Assembly: GCA_022565615.1 (NCBI GenBank)
Contig: JAIUMM010000001.1
Coordinates: forward strand, 11,680 to 75,679
Length of the DNA stretch: 64,000 nucleotides
Reading direction: 5' to 3'
Origin: Nanobdellota archaeon
Lineage (GTDB): Archaea > Nanobdellota > Nanobdellia > Woesearchaeales > UBA583
In this document: positions 30,186-39,286 of the stretch, piece after piece
How positions within the stretch are numbered: the first letter of the stretch is position 1
Layout of the letters: each line of letters starts with the position of its first letter
Notes under the pieces: generated by a model
What the model was told of the DNA's origin: nothing
Seen by the model: only the letters and a program-made list of their open reading frames with translations
The model's database searches: none
Translations under genes and position numbers: made by a program

Positions 30186-30746
30186 TTAAAATTCAACTTT
30201 TGGAACAGCTTTTTCTTCCTCTGGAATTTCATATAATTCCTTAGGTCCAAAGTTAAAAATACCAGCAATTAAATTTGCAGGAAATGATTCTCTTTTAGTA
30301 TTATACTGCATTACTCTATCATTAAAATATTGTCTTGAAGCTGCAACTTTATTTTCAGTCCCACTTAACTCTTCTTGAAGTTGTAAAAAATTACTATTTG
30401 CTTTTAAATCTGGATAACTCTCAGCTACTGCAAATAATGATTTCAAAGCTCCAGCTAGCATATTATCAGCTTGTGCAACATCTCCTGTTGTACCTGCTTT
30501 TTGAGCACTCATCATTTGAGTTCTTGCATTTGTTACACTCTCAAGAGTTTCTCTTTCATGTTTTGCATATCCTTTAACTGTATTAATTAAATTTGGAATT
30601 AAATCATTTCTTCTCTTTAACTGTACATCAATTTGTGCCCAAGAGTTTTGAACTTGGTTTCTTAATCTTACAAATGCGTTATATGATAAAATTAACCATA
30701 ATAACACAATTACCACTATTGCTATTGTTATCCACATTCCTACCAT
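30186..30746 (-). CDS. lemA: LemA-family protein
   Basis: WAQIDVQLKRRNDLIPNL and ESYPDLKANSNF. Confidence 0.97.
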   Translation of the reverse strand: MVGMWITIAIVVIVLLWLILSYNAFVRLRNQVQNSWAQIDVQLKRRNDLIPNLINTVKGYAKHERETLESVTNARTQMMSAQKAGTTGDVAQADNMLAGALKSLFAVAESYPDLKANSNFLQLQEELSGTENKVAASRQYFNDRVMQYNTKRESFPANLIAGIFNFGPKELYEIPEEEKAVPKVEF

Positions 30747-30806
30747 TTTAATTATTCTAATATCTTAGTATTTATAAATATACTTTTACACTTAAATGTT
30801 GATATT

Positions 30807-31211
30807 TTAATCATCAAGATATTCTTCTCCAAGTAATTCAGGAGTCTCATACAATTTATATTCAACAAGTTCTTTATGTTCACAAGCTACAAGCCTAAAT
30901 CCAAGACCTGCTTTAATAATTCCTCCAAGAACAATCATATGTTCATATCCATTTCCAGATACTAAATTAAGAGCAACTTCTAAATCTTGAACTTCTTTTC
31001 TTAAAATTGTTGCTATTTTATCAATAAATTCTTGTGGTTTTTTTTCATCAATTTGAAGTTTTAGTACTTCACTATCTTTTACATTAAATTCTTTGTATGC
31101 AAAATCATTACAAAATAAAATAATTTTATCCCATTTCTCAACTTGAAGTAATGAATTAACATGTCCCCATGTTCCTTTTCCTGAACTTAGTAGTGCAATT
31201 AGCGTTGCCAT
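30807..31211 (-). CDS. Hypothetical alpha/beta protein (possibly CARF-like)
   Basis: LIALLSSGKGTW, DKIILF and EVALNLVSGNG..HM give a Rossmann-like pattern. Confidence 0.6.
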   Translation of the reverse strand: MATLIALLSSGKGTWGHVNSLLQVEKWDKIILFCNDFAYKEFNVKDSEVLKLQIDEKKPQEFIDKIATILRKEVQDLEVALNLVSGNGYEHMIVLGGIIKAGLGFRLVACEHKELVEYKLYETPELLGEEYLDD

Positions 31212-31329
31212 AATGATTAAATTAACATTAATTGAGTTTATAAAACTATTTCTTGATATGAGTAGACAAATTAATGAGTTATAGAATTATTAATTACAAA
31301 ATGAATAAATATTAAACTTGTGATTGCTT

Positions 31330-32019
31330 TTAACTATCTTCAAGTTTTTCAATTCTTGATGAAATAGTATTAATATGATTATCTCTTCCACTTGCTCTTC
31401 TATATAAGGAGTACCTAATTGGATTTTTTTTATAATAATCTTGATGATAATTCTCAGCTATAAAAAAGTTAACTAATTCTTCAACGCTTGTAATAATTGG
31501 TTTAGTATAGATTTGTGATTCTTCAAAAAAAGAAATAACATTAAGTGCTTCATTTTTTTCATTTAAATTTTTGAAATAAATTGCACTTGAATATTGAAAC
31601 CCTCTATCATAAAAACTCCCCCCTTCATCAGTTGGATCATGATGTCTTAAAAAATAATCAACTAATTCTGTGTAGGATATAATTGAGGAATTATAAATAA
31701 CTAACACACTTTCTCTAAATTGAGTTTTTCCAGATGCTACTTGTTCATATGTTGGTTGAATATCATTAGAATTATTAGAAGTATATCCAGAAATTACTTC
31801 AACTACACCCTCTATTTTTTCAAAATCTTTTTCAACACACCAAAAGCAACCTCCACTAAATACAGCAGTTGAAAGTTCACCACTAATATTAAATTCTTTT
31901 TTAATATTATCAAATAAAATATTATTCTCACTATTTTTAGAATTTGATTTAGTTGAACTACAACCTTGAATAAATAAACTTATAGTTAACAAAACAACTA
32001 GAATTGTAATTTTTCTCAT
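31330..32019 (-). CDS. msrA: Methionine sulfoxide reductase A with lipoprotein-like signal
   Basis: GGCFWC and AENYHQDYY; the N-terminus MRKITILVVLLTISLFIQGC is lipobox-like. Confidence 0.95.
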   Translation of the reverse strand: MRKITILVVLLTISLFIQGCSSTKSNSKNSENNILFDNIKKEFNISGELSTAVFSGGCFWCVEKDFEKIEGVVEVISGYTSNNSNDIQPTYEQVASGKTQFRESVLVIYNSSIISYTELVDYFLRHHDPTDEGGSFYDRGFQYSSAIYFKNLNEKNEALNVISFFEESQIYTKPIITSVEELVNFFIAENYHQDYYKKNPIRYSLYRRASGRDNHINTISSRIEKLEDS

Positions 32020-32129
32020 AATTTGAAAGATATAATATATTATTTAAATTTATTTACTTATTGAAGAATGTATTATTACATTAAGTTTGGATTAGAAATG
32101 TTTATCTATTTGAATATACTTAGAATTTT

Positions 32130-32738
32130 ATGAATAACAAAACAAAAATAAATAAACATGTAATCTTAATAACTAAAATAACTATTATAGGAATTGTATT
32201 CATAATGTTTTTAATATTTGGATTATTTAATATGTTTTCAACAAAAAATTCTAAAAATGAACTATATTTAGAGTATGAAATACATAACATAACACAAGGA
32301 GAAGCAATTGAGTTAATTAATTCCACTCCACTTAATAAGCGTAAAGATATACCTAAACAAATTTGGCTTAAAAGTGAAATATTAGATGAGCTGAGTTATC
32401 ATGTATTGTGGAGAAGTAAAACTGAGCGTGCTTTTACAAGTGAATTAAATGATGAACATAGAGAAGGTGTGTTTGTAACAAAAGGATGTGGAATTGAAGT
32501 TTTTTCAAGTGAAGATAAATTTGAGAGTGGAACAGGTTGGCCAAGTTTTACTGATGTAATTAATAATGAAAATATTATACTCAAAGAGGATAGAAGTTTT
32601 GGTATGAAAAGGGTAGAAGTACTCTCAAAGTGTGGAGAACATTTAGGCCATGTATTTGATGATGGACCATTTGAAAAAGGAGGAAAGAGATGGTGTATTA
32701 ATGGAGCAGCTTTAAAATTTGTTCCTAAAAATAGTTAA
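32130..32738 (+). CDS. msrB: Methionine sulfoxide reductase B with N-terminal membrane anchor
   Basis: TERAF, KFESGTGWPSF, HLGHVFDDGP and RWCING; N-terminal TM helix. Confidence 0.95.
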   Translation: MNNKTKINKHVILITKITIIGIVFIMFLIFGLFNMFSTKNSKNELYLEYEIHNITQGEAIELINSTPLNKRKDIPKQIWLKSEILDELSYHVLWRSKTERAFTSELNDEHREGVFVTKGCGIEVFSSEDKFESGTGWPSFTDVINNENIILKEDRSFGMKRVEVLSKCGEHLGHVFDDGPFEKGGKRWCINGAALKFVPKNS

Positions 32739-32871
32739 ATATCATTTCAGACAAATTATTATTTATTTAATATTAATAGTAGAAATTTTGAAAATTTTGT
32801 TTAAATTTACTATAATAATGAACTATTACTTTTATACAAATTTTTATTAATGTCAAAGGAGTTTAATAAAT

Positions 32872-33465
32872 ATGATTATTTATTTAGTAAGACATGGGCA
32901 AAGTGTTGCAAATGCTCAAAAAAGATCAGCAGGTTATTTAGATACACCTCTTACACAAGAAGGAGTTGAGCAAGCACAAAGATTAGGGTTAAGATTTAAA
33001 GATATTAATGATTTTGAAGTTATTTATACCTCAGATTTACAACGAGCATATAATACTGCAAAAGAAATTCACAAATTTCACAAAGAGAAAAAATTTGAAG
33101 TTGATACAAATATTCGTGAAAAAAATTTTGGAGAACTTGAAAATATTTCTTTTGATACAGCTCAATTAAAATATGAAGGTTCACCAATTCATTGGGATGT
33201 TAAAGGGGGAGAGAGTTTTGAAACTCATTTAAAACGAGTTGAAGAATTTGTAATAAAAATACTTGAAAAAAAAGAAAATTGTGTAATTGTAAATCATGGT
33301 TTAACAATCAAAATGCTCTTATATCTTCTTAAAGGATATAAAACAGAAGAAGAATTATTTAAAATTAAATCAGGAAATACTGCTGTATATAAATTAGAAT
33401 TAAAAGAAAAAGAAGTAAAAATTCATCTCCATAATTGTATAGAACATTTAAGAGAAGGACAATAG
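32872..33465 (+). CDS. Histidine phosphatase (phosphoglycerate-mutase-like)
   Basis: LVRHGQS, SDLQRA, REKNFG, GGES and NHG. Confidence 0.93.
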   Translation: MIIYLVRHGQSVANAQKRSAGYLDTPLTQEGVEQAQRLGLRFKDINDFEVIYTSDLQRAYNTAKEIHKFHKEKKFEVDTNIREKNFGELENISFDTAQLKYEGSPIHWDVKGGESFETHLKRVEEFVIKILEKKENCVIVNHGLTIKMLLYLLKGYKTEEELFKIKSGNTAVYKLELKEKEVKIHLHNCIEHLREGQ

Positions 33466-33469
33466 TAAT

Positions 33470-34018
33470 TTAATTCGTTTTTTGAATTAATCTTTGAGTT
33501 TCTTCCAATTTTGTTTCAACTTCTAATACTTTCTCTTTAAATTCTTCATAAATTGTGAAAAATTCCTTATCACTTACTTTTCCTTGTGCATTCATTGAAT
33601 GTTTTAATGTAGGTTTTATAAAATTCATCTCCATATAAATATTTGAGAGTTGTGATTTGGAAGAATCATTTAAGTTTTCTTTTTCTTCTTTACTCATTGT
33701 CTTTGGAAATACTTGTTCAAATTCAATTTTACAATGAGCAAATACATTTCTATATCTATTAATATCTTCAAGTAATTTGATAGTCTCTTTTGTGAACTCA
33801 TACTCAATTTCTTCAAAAATTTGTTTTAAAAGTTTAATTTTAGAATTAAAATTAATAATTGAAGTATTTAAAAATTGAGTTCTAAAAAATTCTTCTTTTT
33901 CTCTTGAAATCTCAAAATAATTTGTGAGAATTGAATTTACTTTCTCTTCAATAATATTAAAATTAAAGATAACTTTTCCAATAGTGTTTGTAACTTCTCC
34001 CCTAATTTTTGAAATCAT
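33470..34018 (-). CDS. Helical protein with HEPN-like RNxxAH motif
   Basis: YRNVFAH within an apparently all-alpha sequence. Confidence 0.6.
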   Translation of the reverse strand: MISKIRGEVTNTIGKVIFNFNIIEEKVNSILTNYFEISREKEEFFRTQFLNTSIINFNSKIKLLKQIFEEIEYEFTKETIKLLEDINRYRNVFAHCKIEFEQVFPKTMSKEEKENLNDSSKSQLSNIYMEMNFIKPTLKHSMNAQGKVSDKEFFTIYEEFKEKVLEVETKLEETQRLIQKTN

Positions 34019-34077
34019 ACAAGTAAATAAAATTTATACTTTTATGTAGTTTTGTATTAATAGAAGATTATTAAAAT

Positions 34078-34683
34078 TTATTTATTAGGAAAGTTAGGAA
34101 AAAGAACTGATACAACTCCTCTTCTTCTAAAAGGACTTTGAGTTAAATCTGGTTTTTCAATTTCATCATTCCAAGAATCTAAACAAGTAACAGGTTCATA
34201 TTCAATTATAGGATTTGGAGTTGAAGAATTTAGAGAAAAATAAAAATTATGAAGAAGAGGATTTACTGATGTTCGAGGTTCAAATGTTAAAAAAGGAGTG
34301 AAATTTTTATATTTTTCTTCAAACCCTAAATTTCTACTGACACTATGGAATTTAGGAGAGTTATGTGAAGTGTGAACTATAATTCCATTTCCACTTTCTC
34401 TTCCAAATCTTAATACCGATTCTCTTGATACGATAAAAGGAGATGTAGGATCATAAGTCAATACAACTTTTGCTTTTGAACGTTCTTGTAATTTTCTCTC
34501 TAAATCTTCAATATTAAGCACTTGTTTAACAATACTACCAATATTTGAAATACTTTGAGATGTTAGATTTTCAATAGTCTCAAAATCAGTATACTTAAAT
34601 CTTCCAAAAATCCCTAAATGTTGAAAACTTAATTCTTCAATACTTTTGTGTATTTCTTCTTGTAATTTCTTAAACTCACTCAT
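34078..34683 (-). CDS. Hypothetical protein
   Basis: 201-aa ORF filling the gap between neighbours; no recognised motif. Confidence 0.55.
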   Translation of the reverse strand: MSEFKKLQEEIHKSIEELSFQHLGIFGRFKYTDFETIENLTSQSISNIGSIVKQVLNIEDLERKLQERSKAKVVLTYDPTSPFIVSRESVLRFGRESGNGIIVHTSHNSPKFHSVSRNLGFEEKYKNFTPFLTFEPRTSVNPLLHNFYFSLNSSTPNPIIEYEPVTCLDSWNDEIEKPDLTQSPFRRRGVVSVLFPNFPNK

Positions 34684-34760
34684 ATATTATTATATATTTT
34701 AATAACTTTAAAAATATTGTCTAAATATAATACACAAAATATTTTTTTTAAATTCATTGT

Positions 34761-35549
34761 TTAGCCAAAAGCCTCATATTTTTTAAGTCCAATTTTCCAC
34801 ATTATGTATGTGGCTAAATTAAACACTATGCTAAGAACTATTGCTATGAGAATTGAGAATAAAAAATAATCTAAGGAAATTCTTCCAAAATAATAAAAAG
34901 TGGATACTCCAAATAAAATCAAAGGAAATAAAAATAGAAAAAAACGATATGTAAATTGCTCAAATATTGTAGGAGGAAATCCTGCTAAAGTTAAATTTAA
35001 TCCTCCAATTTGATTTCCTTTTACATTTATCTTAAAAAATCCAAAACTCTCAGCACCATAAATAATTGAAATTAGTAAATATCCATAACATAAAATTGAG
35101 AAAAGTGCAACAAAGAGAAATTTGAAAATATCTTCTCCAATAACTAAAACAAATAAAAAAAGAACTACAAAGTAAAGTATTGATATAATAAGCCACCGAG
35201 CTTTAAATTCTCTAAATGTATATAGTATAAATATATTTACAGGCCTAGTCAATAATAAATTAAAATCTCCTTTGGTAACCATATTAAATACTTTATATTT
35301 TCCTTTTTGAAGTGCCCAAAAAAAATCAAGTCCAGTTTGTTTGATAAGAATAAAAAAAATAATTTCATTGATACTCATAGAAAAAGATTCAGTTAATTCA
35401 ATAAATATTAAAAATATGAATATTGAGAGAAACGTATCTGTAATTGCTGCAATTAAAGAAGAGTACAAATTAGCCTTATATTCAAATGCTTGTTTAAATC
35501 CTATTATAATATTTTCTTTAATAATTTGAAAATTTTTATATAAATTCAT
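34761..35549 (-). CDS. ABC-2-type permease (orphan)
   Basis: EYKAN start, GDFNLLLTRPVN, about 6 TM helices, and the GLKKYEAFG end. Confidence 0.85.
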   Translation of the reverse strand: MNLYKNFQIIKENIIIGFKQAFEYKANLYSSLIAAITDTFLSIFIFLIFIELTESFSMSINEIIFFILIKQTGLDFFWALQKGKYKVFNMVTKGDFNLLLTRPVNIFILYTFREFKARWLIISILYFVVLFLFVLVIGEDIFKFLFVALFSILCYGYLLISIIYGAESFGFFKINVKGNQIGGLNLTLAGFPPTIFEQFTYRFFLFLFPLILFGVSTFYYFGRISLDYFLFSILIAIVLSIVFNLATYIMWKIGLKKYEAFG

Positions 35550-35573
35550 TGTTTAATCCATAAGTTCAATTTA

Positions 35574-37658
35574 TTATAATTTTTTAAATAAATTTTTACG
35601 AGGCTCAAATATTAATCCTTCTGCTTTTAATTTAGTAATAATTTTATCAACTTCTGCTTTAGAGATTCCTTTTTTATCAGCACTCTCAACAATAGCATCG
35701 TACGTTATTTCAGGAGTCTCTTGTTCAAGTGTATCAATAATTTGAACAATTTGTCTATATACATTTCTACTTGAAGTGGTCACTCCAGTTGTAATTCTAT
35801 CAATGTCCATCTCTCCAGTTTTAGGGTCAATTCCAATTTTCTCAAGACAATACATTAATAATTCAATAGCCTCTTGAGCGTATTGTTCAGTTACTTTATC
35901 ATGAAGTCTTACTTTAGCAAACGCTTGTCCAAGTCTTACAATAGCTTCAAGTTGTCTTGCAGTAATTGGAACTGATTTCATTCTCCCTTCTTCAGCTCCA
36001 GTCCCAGCATTTCTAATATTTACATAGAAATCTTTAATTTTAACAATTGCTTCTTGAGTTAGTTGAGGATTTAGTTTTCTTGCTTGAGCAATATATTTTT
36101 TCATAAATTCACTTGAGAGTTCAGTTTTAGTCAGAGATTTATCTTTATGAGCTTGCAGAATGTGATTTGCTATTAAATCATCTTTTTTTCTATCTGCTTC
36201 ATCTTGAAGTATAAAAATTAAATCAAATCTACTTAGAAGTGCAGGTGGAAAATTAATTTGTTTAGTAATATCTCCATAGGGGTCAAATCTTCCAAGTTTT
36301 GGATTTGCAGCACCTAGTACTGTAGTCTCACACCTAAGAGTTGCACGAATATTTGCTTTTGCAATTGAAATAGTTTGCTGTTCAAGAGCTTCGTGCATGG
36401 CTGATGTATCCTCATCACTCATTTTATCTAATTCATCAATAGCACAAAGACCACCTGATGCTAAAACCATGGCACCTGCTTCAAGAGCCCACCCTTTTGT
36501 GAGTTCATCTTTTAAAACGGTTGCTGTAAGTCCTGCTGCTGATGCTGATTTTCCTGAAACAAAACTCGCTTTTGGAGCAATACGAGTTGCAGCTTTTAAC
36601 ATTTGTGATTTAGCAGCTCCAGGGTCACCAATGAGCAAAATATGAATATCTCCTCTTGTTTTAACTCCATCTGATTTTAAATTTATACTTCCTCCAAATT
36701 GTTGAAGTAAAATTGCCTCTTTGATTTTTTCAGCTCCATAAATTGAAGGTGCGAAATTACGAGTTAAAATTTCACGAATATTTTCTTTTTTTGAGAGTTC
36801 TTGAATTTGTTCAAGTTCTTCAGGTGAAATATTAATTTCACTATAATCTTCATCTACTAAATCAATATATAGTCCATCAATTACTAATTCAAAATTAACA
36901 CTCTCTCCTCCTGTACGTGTTGGAATTGGTATTTCTTTTACAAATCCAACTACATATACTTTTGAACCAGGATTTGATTTTGAATCTTTAAATGGGGACA
37001 CTAAATCCTCTTTTAATAATACATTTAAACGTTTAGGTTGATCAGCTGAATTTTCTAATTGCTCTGGTAACTCTTCAAGTACTAAACTTTGTGAGTCTAC
37101 TAATTCTTTATGAACTAAATCAACTGGACTTTTACATTTAGGACATGCTTTTAGAATTCTTGCTTTATCTTCAAGTTGAGGAATTTTTAATTTTTCTTCA
37201 CAAAATGGACATGAAGGATTTGTACATAAATACTCAATATGTAAAAGCCTTGGTCTTACATCTGTTTTTCTTCTCACAATTCCTTCAACTTTTACAAGTT
37301 TTCCAATATGCTCTGCTCTAATATCACGAATAAGAACTCTTTCATTATCAGGGAGAGAAGTGAGCCAAATATGAGGTGCTTTTGGGATTTGAAGCATATC
37401 TTTTAAACTAATTTCAAAAATTGAGATAATGTCTTTAGGGTATTCAAGTAAATATTCAGCAAGTTCAATATCAAACTCTAATACTTCAAAAAAATCTATT
37501 TTTAAAAATTGAAAGCCTTTTCTCTTCATTTCTTGAATTTCTTCTGTTTTATATTCGTCAAAAAATTCAGTTGCTTTAATTATCATCTCTCTAGTATTAA
37601 AGTCTTGTTTTAAAGGAGTCGAATTAAATTGAAAAGTATTATTATCGTCTTCACTCAT
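35574..37658 (-). CDS. mcm: Replicative helicase MCM
   Basis: Zn finger CxxxxC..CPKC, GDPGAAKS, IDELDKM, SRFD and ARQLE; no intein. Confidence 0.98.
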   Translation of the reverse strand: MSEDDNNTFQFNSTPLKQDFNTREMIIKATEFFDEYKTEEIQEMKRKGFQFLKIDFFEVLEFDIELAEYLLEYPKDIISIFEISLKDMLQIPKAPHIWLTSLPDNERVLIRDIRAEHIGKLVKVEGIVRRKTDVRPRLLHIEYLCTNPSCPFCEEKLKIPQLEDKARILKACPKCKSPVDLVHKELVDSQSLVLEELPEQLENSADQPKRLNVLLKEDLVSPFKDSKSNPGSKVYVVGFVKEIPIPTRTGGESVNFELVIDGLYIDLVDEDYSEINISPEELEQIQELSKKENIREILTRNFAPSIYGAEKIKEAILLQQFGGSINLKSDGVKTRGDIHILLIGDPGAAKSQMLKAATRIAPKASFVSGKSASAAGLTATVLKDELTKGWALEAGAMVLASGGLCAIDELDKMSDEDTSAMHEALEQQTISIAKANIRATLRCETTVLGAANPKLGRFDPYGDITKQINFPPALLSRFDLIFILQDEADRKKDDLIANHILQAHKDKSLTKTELSSEFMKKYIAQARKLNPQLTQEAIVKIKDFYVNIRNAGTGAEEGRMKSVPITARQLEAIVRLGQAFAKVRLHDKVTEQYAQEAIELLMYCLEKIGIDPKTGEMDIDRITTGVTTSSRNVYRQIVQIIDTLEQETPEITYDAIVESADKKGISKAEVDKIITKLKAEGLIFEPRKNLFKKL

Positions 37659-37754
37659 TTCTATATAATTTAGATAGTTTGTTATTTAAAAATATACCTC
37701 TTTTCAAGAGTAGAATTTTAAGGATTGGATATTCATATAAAATTTAGATACATA

Positions 37755-38096
37755 TTAATTTGATTTTGAAATAAGTTCTAATATTTTTTTACAAACATCA
37801 TTATAAATTTGATTATTTATCTTACAAATAATTTTTTGTATATCGTTCTTATCTCCAGTAAAGAGCATATTACATCTAATAAAACTATCAATAGATAATG
37901 TTCCATTTAATGTTTCATCTTTTTTAAGAGGTATTGAATAGTTATCACTTCTAATTTTTTGAGATGTTATTTGACAAAGTAAAACATCCTGATTCATTTC
38001 ATTAGATAGAACTAAGCAGGGTCTTAATTTTTGACCTTTTAAATCTGTAAAAGGAAATAGATACAATACTATATCCCCTTTTGCAAGTGTTCCCAT
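37755..38096 (-). CDS. PemK/MazF-family toxin
   Basis: KGDIVLYLFPFTDLKGQKLRPCLVLS and CQITS. Start taken at ATG 38096. Confidence 0.92.
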   Translation of the reverse strand: MGTLAKGDIVLYLFPFTDLKGQKLRPCLVLSNEMNQDVLLCQITSQKIRSDNYSIPLKKDETLNGTLSIDSFIRCNMLFTGDKNDIQKIICKINNQIYNDVCKKILELISKSN

Positions 38097-38314
38097 GCTT
38101 CTTCTTCCTCTTGTAATAACCAATTTCTAGCAAGAGCTTTCTCACTAGCCAAATATGTTCTTTTTCCAGATATTTTTTCATCATTTTCAAATAATTTTTC
38201 TCTAATAGTTTCTCTGATAAAATCTTGTAAATTATCATATCCAAACATTTCAGAGTAATTTTTTGCAGCATCAAACATTTTATTTGAAAGTTTTAAACTA
38301 ATTTGAGTACTCAT
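38069..38314 (-). CDS. Ribbon-helix-helix antitoxin
   Basis: TQISLKL..GYDNLQDFIRETIREK and ASEKALARNW..EEEEAWEHL; overlaps the toxin start. Confidence 0.85.
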   Translation of the reverse strand: MSTQISLKLSNKMFDAAKNYSEMFGYDNLQDFIRETIREKLFENDEKISGKRTYLASEKALARNWLLQEEEEAWEHLQKGI

Positions 38315-38444
38315 ATATATTAAATAGTACTTTTTAGTATTTAAAATTTATTATTTTTATGTAGACTAAATAAAATTTAGAAATTAATTTTTCTATCTAT
38401 TTGAGCAGATATATTTAAAAAGGTTTTTTTCAAATAGTATTTAT

Positions 38445-39236
38445 ATGATTGAAGTTCAACAAAGCAAAATTCACAGCCAAAATGAAAGTCAGAGTCAGAG
38501 TCAGATTATTCAAAATCAAATTGAAATTGTATCACAAAATATAATTAAACCAACATCTTCGTTTAAAGAATTATATCTTAAAGAAGAGATGCCAAGAGAA
38601 AAATTAGTAAAATATGGAGTAAATAGTCTTACCAATACAGAGCTCTTAGCATTATTACTAAAAACAGGAACAAAAGAGAAAAATGTATTAGAACTCTCAA
38701 GAGAAATACTTACAACATTTTCTCCTCTTGAATTACTCTCAATAAATATTGAAACTCTAAGTTCAATAAAAGGAATTTCAACAGCAAAAGCAAGTGAGAT
38801 TATAGCAGTATTTGAATTAAGTAAACGAATTCAAGAAGAAGTACACTTTAAAGAGAGTTTTTCATCATCTCAGGAAATTTATAATTATGTTAAACATTCA
38901 ATGCAATATAAAATGTGTGAAGAAATGAGAGTTTTATATTTAAATGTTAAAAATAAACTCATAAAAGATGAAGTAGTTGCAAAAGGTTCAATACATTTTG
39001 TACATATTGATGTAAGAAAAATTGTTAAAAAAGCCCTAGATTTACATGCAAGTTCAATAATTTTAATTCATAATCATCCAAGTGGAGATGTTGAAGAATC
39101 ACAAGCAGATGTTGAAATAACAACTCAAATTATGCAAGCATGTGAATTATTACATATTAAAGTATTAGATCATTTAATCGTTGGAAATGGGGATTATCTA
39201 AGTTTTTATGACTCAGGAGTACCTCCTTTCACTTAG
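38445..39236 (+). CDS. radC: RadC-family JAB-domain protein
   Basis: MPREKL..G..SLTNTELLALLL, HhH IKGISTAKA, HNHPSG..S..D and LDHLIVG. Confidence 0.95.
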   Translation: MIEVQQSKIHSQNESQSQSQIIQNQIEIVSQNIIKPTSSFKELYLKEEMPREKLVKYGVNSLTNTELLALLLKTGTKEKNVLELSREILTTFSPLELLSINIETLSSIKGISTAKASEIIAVFELSKRIQEEVHFKESFSSSQEIYNYVKHSMQYKMCEEMRVLYLNVKNKLIKDEVVAKGSIHFVHIDVRKIVKKALDLHASSIILIHNHPSGDVEESQADVEITTQIMQACELLHIKVLDHLIVGNGDYLSFYDSGVPPFT

Positions 39237-39286
39237 TGTGAATACAAATTTTTAAAAATTTATATTACTCTAAAGTTAATATTAAT

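Noticed and set aside
35574-37658. Inteins in MCM (and AtpA)
   Set aside because: Both proteins are normal length with contiguous motifs.
37755-39236. Integrated mobile element marked by MazF and RadC
   Set aside because: RadC is the full-length chromosomal type with an HhH domain, and no integrase or convincing boundary repeats were found.
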